Shown here one piece after another: positions 58,436 to 64,000 of a stretch of DNA of 64,000 nt; the first letter of the stretch is position 1, and every line of letters begins with the position of its first letter. The notes below the pieces were generated by a model that did no database searches, had not been told where the DNA came from, and worked only from the letters and a program-made list of their open reading frames with translations. The stretch is from a phage. The translations under genes and the position numbers were made by a program. The stretch lies in the NCBI GenBank assembly GCA_025823825.1, contig GCA_025823825.1_4720.1, one strand, 5' to 3'.

Positions 58436-58879
58436 ATTATTGCTGCTGGGGTTATCGCCCGGATTATATTCGATGCTGTAGGCGACGTCGCGGTCTGTCG
58501 TATGAACGACAAGCGTGACGGGGAAATCATAATGCGCGGTTTTGTCTCGAACGAACGGGGTAAAGAGATCCGTATAACGTATTAAGTCTTCCCTGGTGTA
58601 ATCGGAAGGGAAGAAGGCATCGATGGTTATTGAATCTTCATAGAGGCGTATGATCAGCTTATCCAGAAGGTTGCTATATTGGTTAGCTGGGGTGACGTTC
58701 AGGTGACAGAAGTCACCGTCTTCTGCTTCTCGCAATACCCATACCGTGGTATCCTGTAACGTATTTTCAAGGATCTCGAAAATGCAGTTTGCTGTAAGTC
58801 TTAGTTTATTTGTTACTTCATGGTTAGGGGAATAATGCTCACGAATGTTTTTCACTGCGTCTTTGATAGAGAAAGTCAT
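58433..58879 (-). CDS. small protein, paralog family A (C-terminal DFPVTLVVH...EYNPGD motif)
   Basis: Track ORF 58433-59110 trimmed to internal ATG at 58879 (MTFSIKD...) because a separate-frame ORF occupies 58893-59186. Confidence 0.55.
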   Translation of the reverse strand: MTFSIKDAVKNIREHYSPNHEVTNKLRLTANCIFEILENTLQDTTVWVLREAEDGDFCHLNVTPANQYSNLLDKLIIRLYEDSITIDAFFPSDYTREDLIRYTDLFTPFVRDKTAHYDFPVTLVVHTTDRDVAYSIEYNPGDNPSSNN

Positions 58880-58892
58880 TGCTGCTGCTCCT

Positions 58893-59186
58893 TTAAAAGA
58901 TATCAAGCCATGAGGATGGAGGAACCAGTTCGCTGGTAAAGTAATCGCCACTGATACCACTATCATCAAAGTGACGTTCGTTGTAACACTGGACGAGCTT
59001 ACCTCCACGTTCTTTCTGATACCATCCAAGGATACTATTAAGACCTCTGTCCACGCATTCGAATGCTTGAGTAATAACATCCTCAACGACGGAGGCTGCC
59101 GTGGGACCATTGAATAGACGATCTAAGCGCTTTTTCATCGATTTGGTTTTCTCGTTCATGATTTCTTTTCCTGTTATAATCGGCAT
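58893..59186 (-). CDS. small hypothetical protein (88-97 aa)
   Basis: ORF; first ATG coincides with hairpin-flank TATG; an alternative start 27 nt in has agga upstream. Confidence 0.45.
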   Translation of the reverse strand: MPIITGKEIMNEKTKSMKKRLDRLFNGPTAASVVEDVITQAFECVDRGLNSILGWYQKERGGKLVQCYNERHFDDSGISGDYFTSELVPPSSWLDIF

Positions 59187-59227
59187 ACAACCCTTCCCCG
59201 GCCTTGACGGCTAGGGAAGGGGCTATG
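59184..59227. terminator. hairpin element, copy 12
   Basis: cata-caaCCCTTCCCC-ggccttgacggcta-GGGAAGGGG-ctatg. Confidence 0.5.
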
Positions 59228-59235
59228 CTACGTTG

Positions 59236-59664
59236 TTATGCTTCGCAATCAGCTGAAGGCGTCGCGCCTTTCTTACCAGCGATACGCCAAATCCGACACG
59301 CTGGGTAATGGTTAACCTCTAGAGAGCAAGGAATGTTATATTTCTCTTCCAGCGCATAAAGACATTTCGTTAGCTGCTCCAGCGCGTTCTCGTCGTGTCG
59401 TAACGCGTGGTGACCTAATCGATGTTGGTCGTTCTTTATATACGCCTCGAAGAGAACATGTTGGCGATGTACGCTGACGTTTACAGCCTCGAGTATAGCT
59501 TGGTCGAGCATACGACTAAAGCACATCAACGAGTCAGATACGTTTTCTCGCTTAACCAGATCGATCATGGCGGGAATATACGAATGGTCGATGTTATCGA
59601 TGACCGCTTTAGCGACGGAATCAGCAACGTTCATCTTTTTAATCCCTAGTTTGTTATTGATCAC
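59236..59664 (-). CDS. small protein, paralog family B member 1 (142 aa)
   Basis: Shares V(A/V)KAV(I/N)DNIDH...MIDL(V/I)K...EEKYNIP(C/F)SLEVN with 59671-60066. Confidence 0.6.
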   Translation of the reverse strand: MINNKLGIKKMNVADSVAKAVIDNIDHSYIPAMIDLVKRENVSDSLMCFSRMLDQAILEAVNVSVHRQHVLFEAYIKNDQHRLGHHALRHDENALEQLTKCLYALEEKYNIPCSLEVNHYPACRIWRIAGKKGATPSADCEA

Positions 59665-59670
59665 GTATAT

Positions 59671-60066
59671 TTACTCTTTGACGTCAGTTGTCGTTTCGAC
59701 ATGCTTCTCACTACTGACGTACCAGAGCAGGTACGTTGGGAAAAGATTGACCTCTAAGCTAAATGGGATATTGTATTTCTCTTCCATTTTGCAGAGATGT
59801 TCTTTAAGTAAATTTCTCGCGTCTCTGTCACCACGAACAGAGTGCCAGTCTAGTTCTTTGTTCTCCTTTACCAGGATCTCTACGATGATACGTTGCTCGT
59901 GAACCTCGGTTTTCACAGCGGCAAGTAAATCGCTGCTATCAAAACGGGTAAAACGAATGTATGAACCAGGTGTTTTTTCTTGTTTAATAATATCGATCAT
60001 GGTAGAAATGCGCGGATGATCGATGTTGTCGTTAACAGCTTTAACGATGGATTCTACAATGCTCAT
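59671..60066 (-). CDS. small protein, paralog family B member 2 (131 aa)
   Basis: Tandem duplicate of 59236-59664 by protein similarity. Confidence 0.6.
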   Translation of the reverse strand: MSIVESIVKAVNDNIDHPRISTMIDIIKQEKTPGSYIRFTRFDSSDLLAAVKTEVHEQRIIVEILVKENKELDWHSVRGDRDARNLLKEHLCKMEEKYNIPFSLEVNLFPTYLLWYVSSEKHVETTTDVKE

Positions 60067-60098
60067 TTTTTATCCTTAATGTTATCGATTTGGAAATA

Positions 60099-60866
60099 TT
60101 ACTTATTTTTGCTTTCTTTATAGACAGTTGTTACCCACGATGGGAAAGCCGGATGGAAACAGAGCGTGAACGTAACTGTCGTATCGTATTTAAACGCACA
60201 GTTCACTAACCGGGTATCTAACGTTTTCCTTAATCCGTCATCATCGTTATCGATGATGGTCATATCTCTTAATATCCCAAGCACGTTAACGCCATCGGGT
60301 GTCTGGGTTACGACAAGTCGTCGTAATGGCCCGCATGTATAGTCACGTACAAATCCTTTCTTCGGGTCCGATACCCTGTTTAACGCATCGTGATTTTTGA
60401 TGAATTCATCGGCGATACAATAGGTTTGTTCCCTTGCTTTATCGGGATCGTATTCTGCTAATAGTTCCTTCGTGTCGAACGTTATCATGTTATTATCATT
60501 CGATTCAGAAGGGAAACATAAAACTAAACGAACAGGGTATTCGTATTGATCTGTTCTTGTTTCGAAAGCATTAGCTAGACACGGCTTGTATGCCTTTGCG
60601 TCGACATTGTCCAAACATGGATGCAATAATGCATGAATAACGGCACCATCGTCAGTTAAACCGAATTCCAGAAATTGTACCCTATCAGTATCCGCTACGG
60701 TTTTCTGAAGGTACGCTTTACCGTTAACAATATCGGTATCCCACATATCGTCGTTTAACGATTCTTCAAACTTATCGAATATATGGTTTACGAGATTGAC
60801 GAGTTCATCAATACGGCACTGTTGGTTGAATTCGATTAATCGTTGAACTTTATCTTTGATAGACAT
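60099..60866 (-). CDS. small protein (255 aa), probable paralog family A
   Basis: ORF; YEYPVRLVLCFPSESNDNNMITFD resembles the family A C-terminal motif. Confidence 0.65.
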   Translation of the reverse strand: MSIKDKVQRLIEFNQQCRIDELVNLVNHIFDKFEESLNDDMWDTDIVNGKAYLQKTVADTDRVQFLEFGLTDDGAVIHALLHPCLDNVDAKAYKPCLANAFETRTDQYEYPVRLVLCFPSESNDNNMITFDTKELLAEYDPDKAREQTYCIADEFIKNHDALNRVSDPKKGFVRDYTCGPLRRLVVTQTPDGVNVLGILRDMTIIDNDDDGLRKTLDTRLVNCAFKYDTTVTFTLCFHPAFPSWVTTVYKESKNK

Positions 60867-60868
60867 GA

Positions 60869-61327
60869 TTACCCATTAGCTCCTTCTTCGTCTGGAGAGT
60901 ATTCCATCGTGTAGAATTCATAACCATCGGAAAACTTGAGTGTTAATGTAATAGGGAAATCGCACGGCATAGCTGATTTCGTAAATGCGTTATTAGCAAC
61001 ATCGGCCAACCGACGTATAGCATCAGTCCCGCTGACGCTGAACGGTAGTTGTATGTTGATAAGGATGCGGTGCTTGTAAACATGGAAAACAACGGTACTG
61101 TCAAGATAAACGCTATGGAACGGTATTGTTGGGATGCGTTCCACGATGGTAAAATACGTCCCGTCATTATCGCTATGTCCCACCGACCAAATATCGGATT
61201 TGCGTAGATTTTGTTTGAGAGATTCGATGCTTCGAGTGACGGTCTCATCAACAGGCGTGACGTAAGTGTCTTTATGCGAGTCGAAAAGTTCGTTGACGTT
61301 AGATTCGAATGAATACATTGTTGCCAT
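60869..61327 (-). CDS. small protein, paralog family A (152 aa)
   Basis: C-terminal CDFPITLTLKFSDGYEFYTMEYSPDEE. Confidence 0.6.
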   Translation of the reverse strand: MATMYSFESNVNELFDSHKDTYVTPVDETVTRSIESLKQNLRKSDIWSVGHSDNDGTYFTIVERIPTIPFHSVYLDSTVVFHVYKHRILINIQLPFSVSGTDAIRRLADVANNAFTKSAMPCDFPITLTLKFSDGYEFYTMEYSPDEEGANG

Positions 61328-61393
61328 TATTCTACCTCAATGGTTTAACCGATACGTGCCCCACCTAACAAGGGACACGTTATCGTTGATTAA

Positions 61394-61894
61394 TTACTCT
61401 TCTGTGTTTTCATTATCGGGATCGTAGTGGAATTCGAACAGCCCTGAACCGTCGTGTCCGTTGATTGTTAGTATAACGGGCATATCGAATCCTCGGACGC
61501 GCGAATGAAAACATTGTGCTAATTTTAGTTTGGCGTATGCCGCTATTTCATTGACGGCAATACACGACTCACCTGTTATACTCAGTATAACGTCGATACT
61601 AACAACGTTGTCGTGCAACGCAAAACGCCAGCGATCGATACGATTATTATCTTTATCGGTTGTCTCGTTTACGAGATAGACTTTATCGTCAACCGACAAA
61701 GCGGGACTCCAGCAACGATCGTTTATTAAATTCGCCTGGAGTTTTAGTATCGTCTGATCGATAATATCCCAACACGTAACCAGCGTGGTGTCAGGCACTG
61801 AGTAGAGAAGGGCGTGCACTTTATCCTTTATTTTAAGTGCTTCCGCAGGACGTCCGCAAATACCATGCATTTCAACTTTCTTATTCATATTCAC
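61394..61894 (-). CDS. small protein, paralog family A (166 aa)
   Basis: C-terminal FDMPVILTINGHDGSGLFEFHYDPDNE. Confidence 0.6.
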   Translation of the reverse strand: MNMNKKVEMHGICGRPAEALKIKDKVHALLYSVPDTTLVTCWDIIDQTILKLQANLINDRCWSPALSVDDKVYLVNETTDKDNNRIDRWRFALHDNVVSIDVILSITGESCIAVNEIAAYAKLKLAQCFHSRVRGFDMPVILTINGHDGSGLFEFHYDPDNENTEE

Positions 61895-61931
61895 TTCTTT
61901 CTTAATCTAAATGTTAGTTGGGGTGGGATGC

Positions 61932-62564
61932 TTACATGCTTTCTAGCATATTGACGATCATGGAACCCATACCGAAACTCGGTCTTTCACCGATGTACTC
62001 AGCAAGCTGGCGATGGACGTCTTTTGGATTTCCTTCTTCACCATCGGCATCGATGTAAACCGAAAAAGAAACCGAATCGGAATCCACGCTGATAACCAGA
62101 CGACGTTCATTGCGTTCCTTGAGCGTGTCGACGATAGATGCTTTCAGTACCGGGATCGCATTCATCGCGTGCAAGATATCTCCATCGGGTTTCGGCAGAT
62201 CGATCTTTTCTTTCAGGTCGATATTGATGTTGGTTACAATTGGGTTGAGGTCGACCTTGACGTAATCGTTAGGGTACATGCGAATAATCGCACGATCGAT
62301 ATCTGAACCGTAAAAGTCAACACGTGGCTTTAACACTTCTTTGTTTGGATCCATGTTTTCATCCATACCCGCCCGCAAGAAACGTTCTACGTTATCCAGT
62401 TCACGATAAACTGACGCTTCGATTTCTTTCAGATAGTTGGCTGCGGTTTCATGTTCTTTACGCAGCTCGTCTTTAAGGAGCTGTACGGTGGTTTCACTGG
62501 AACGAATGCTGTTCGCGAATTGGGTAATTGACATATCGAATTCCTTAAATTCTCTTGAGTTCAA
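61932..62564 (-). CDS. small hypothetical protein (~200 aa)
   Basis: ORF; probable start at internal ATG near 62534 (MSITQFANS...) with aagga RBS. Confidence 0.6.
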   Translation of the reverse strand: MNSREFKEFDMSITQFANSIRSSETTVQLLKDELRKEHETAANYLKEIEASVYRELDNVERFLRAGMDENMDPNKEVLKPRVDFYGSDIDRAIIRMYPNDYVKVDLNPIVTNINIDLKEKIDLPKPDGDILHAMNAIPVLKASIVDTLKERNERRLVISVDSDSVSFSVYIDADGEEGNPKDVHRQLAEYIGERPSFGMGSMIVNMLESM

Positions 62565-62582
62565 TTAATGATGAAAAGCTGT

Positions 62583-62612
62583 AAAAAAAAAAAAGGTGGG
62601 GCGAACCCCACC
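62583..62612 (-). terminator. canonical intrinsic terminator for the minus-strand gene 62638-63063
   Basis: ggtgggg-cgaa-ccccacc hairpin preceded on plus strand by A12, so the minus-strand RNA ends hairpin + U12. Confidence 0.75.
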
Positions 62613-62637
62613 AAAACGTCAGACACACGCGGGAAAA

Positions 62638-63063
62638 TTAATTCAGTGATGCATATAAGGCATAACGACTGTAGATCTCAACCGCCGGTCCGTTATGCGT
62701 TAACAGACCGTCTCGGCTGTAATACTGGAAAAATGAATAACGTTTGTCGAAGTGATAAACAAAAGCAATGTCTTTGCCGTCAAAACCTGTGATGCGTGGT
62801 CTGTTTTTATCTAGCAATGCTTTGACTTTTAACAGTGTTGCCGCACGTGCTTTAACGTTAGGGATCAAGCCATCACAATCGATATAAACAGTGTAACCTG
62901 TTTCAGATGTTGCGACGGTCGTATTGCGATTGACGCGGAAGATTTTTGTTTCGTATGTACTATCTTCAAGAATTGGGTTTTGTTTTTCGTATTTTCGTTT
63001 ACGCAGAAATTCTACAACGGTGATATAGTTAGCGGTAATATGCCCGGTTATAGCTTGTATCAT
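62638..63063 (-). CDS. small hypothetical protein (141 aa)
   Basis: ORF followed on its 3' side by a canonical hairpin plus T-run terminator; conserved upstream element shared with 25745-26545. Confidence 0.6.
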   Translation of the reverse strand: MIQAITGHITANYITVVEFLRKRKYEKQNPILEDSTYETKIFRVNRNTTVATSETGYTVYIDCDGLIPNVKARAATLLKVKALLDKNRPRITGFDGKDIAFVYHFDKRYSFFQYYSRDGLLTHNGPAVEIYSRYALYASLN

Positions 63064-63138
63064 CTTGACATCCTCTTATATCGGATTGGTTGCAATTGTC
63101 TTAAATAGATGATAAGATATTTTGCTCTTATCACTAAG

Positions 63139-63162
63139 GTAATGTAGTCGTGAAATAAACTG
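63139..63162 (-). promoter_or_regulatory. second copy of conserved upstream element (CATTAC variant) for 62638-63063
   Basis: Plus strand gtaatgtagtcgtgaaataaactg versus gtaatatagccatgaaataaactg at 26609-26632. Confidence 0.45.
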
Positions 63163-63184
63163 CGTTAACAAGAAATAAAAAACA

Positions 63185-63240
63185 GCATAGAAACCTCCTC
63201 CCCCATCCTTCAAGAGGACGGTGGGAAGAGGGAGAGATTA
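63185..63240. terminator. hairpin element, copy 13 (degenerate)
   Basis: cata-gaaaCCTCCTCCCCC-atccttcaagaggacggt-GGGAAGAGGGAGAG-attaaatg; imperfect stem. Confidence 0.4.
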
Positions 63241-63639
63241 AATGTCGTGGACGGCAATGCCGTTTAACCAGCAATACAGCTTAACGCGACACGGATACCG
63301 CTTCGTTGCAGCAACCATTTCATCACGTAAACGCTGGTAGATTTCATCCTGGTGTTCACGTTCAATGGGGTAATCAGCCCAACATTCGATCATGACGTCA
63401 CCATTCGTCAGAATCGTCGTACGCATCCTGTCCTGGATACGGCGGTCTTTCCCGGCGTTAGGGAAATACATTCCTTCAGTACGAATAAGGTCGCCGCAGG
63501 GCATGACTAACCATTCGTTCGTTTTGCCGGTATTCTTATAATCCATTACAGCTTGCATTGCGGTGTCAACGCTAAAAGAAACATAATTCCAAACGGATGT
63601 CCAACGATAGATTGCGGGTTGTTCGAGTGTTTCGTTCAT
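63238..63639 (-). CDS. small hypothetical protein (133 aa)
   Basis: ORF flanked by hairpin elements on both sides. Confidence 0.6.
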   Translation of the reverse strand: MNETLEQPAIYRWTSVWNYVSFSVDTAMQAVMDYKNTGKTNEWLVMPCGDLIRTEGMYFPNAGKDRRIQDRMRTTILTNGDVMIECWADYPIEREHQDEIYQRLRDEMVAATKRYPCRVKLYCWLNGIAVHDI

Positions 63640-63686
63640 GGAGTGCTTTTCCTATTTTTATTTTCTGCACAGGATAAATTCAACGG

Positions 63687-63731
63687 CATAAAGCCCTTCC
63701 CTGCCCTTATATGGGGCGGGAAGAGTTTATG
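63687..63731. terminator. hairpin element, copy 14
   Basis: cata-aaGCCCTTCCCtGCCC-ttatat-GGGGCGGGAAGAG-tttatg. Confidence 0.5.
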
Positions 63732-63858
63732 ACCGCAGTGAGAATCTCTCACGACAAGCTCACGACGATTATCGCATCACCCCGCGAGTGAGGGAGATCA
63801 GGATCACCTCCTACGTCGTAATGACAGCAATCCTGTTACGTCGCCTTAGACGTTATGC

Positions 63859-64000
63859 AAAGCGACGCATGTAACCTGCCAGATAGTTACGCGTATCGAA
63901 GTAGGCAATTTCAGGAATTGCGATATTAAGGTCGATAGCACGGATTTCAACTTGGCGACGGCTTTCATCATAGATCGCATCCATCAGACGCAGTACTGTC
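63859..64000 (-). CDS. C-terminal end of a gene entering from the right window edge
   Basis: Manual translation gives open frame ending ...NYLAGYMRRFA then TAA (plus-strand tta near 63859-63861, inside a TTATGC context). Confidence 0.4.

Noticed and set aside
1-64000. Search for RNA polymerase, terminase and tubulin-like signature motifs (NADFDGD-type, Walker A GxxxxGK[ST], GGGTGSG)
   Set aside because: No convincing matches in any long ORF by eye. Large proteins such as 6141-8621, 14505-16304 and 45869-48862 are therefore left as hypothetical rather than called polymerase subunits, terminase or portal.
1-64000. CRISPR arrays, integrase or transposase genes, rRNA
   Set aside because: No regularly spaced direct repeats with unique spacers and no recombinase-like ORFs; the recurring hairpins are palindromic, irregularly spaced and sit at gene boundaries, unlike CRISPR repeats.

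Overview
By gene architecture this 64 kb window is part of a large tailed-phage genome (jumbo-phage-like, phiKZ/SPN3US-type organisation, enterobacterial-looking codon usage), not bacterial chromosome; the family assignment is inference and no homology search was possible. About 50 tightly packed genes, mostly on the minus strand, with short plus-strand islands at 1130-2410, 8580-11489, 21148-22758, 44660-48862 and 56582-58333. I saw no rRNA, tRNA or CRISPR array. Recognisable content: a partial tail-fibre gene at the left edge with NPH-VTKAQVGLGNV repeats and three paralogous downstream genes; a 740-aa gene with strong host-optimal codon bias (best guess major capsid protein); an expanded paralogous family of 8 virion/head-type proteins (32.0-42.0 kb and 48.9-54.6 kb); an HExxH membrane metalloprotease; and a family-B DNA polymerase fragment that ends after motif A (split gene). 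The most striking non-coding signal is a family of about 14 sequence-conserved GC-rich palindromic hairpins flanked by CATA/TATG, placed at gene 3' ends and between tandem genes. Two arrays of tandem paralogous small genes (24.3-26.5 kb and 58.4-63.6 kb) are the best candidates for undescribed accessory functions. Coordinates of short motifs are approximate to a few nt. The ORF track accepts GTG/TTG starts, so several track starts are over-extended; likely true starts are given in the evidence.
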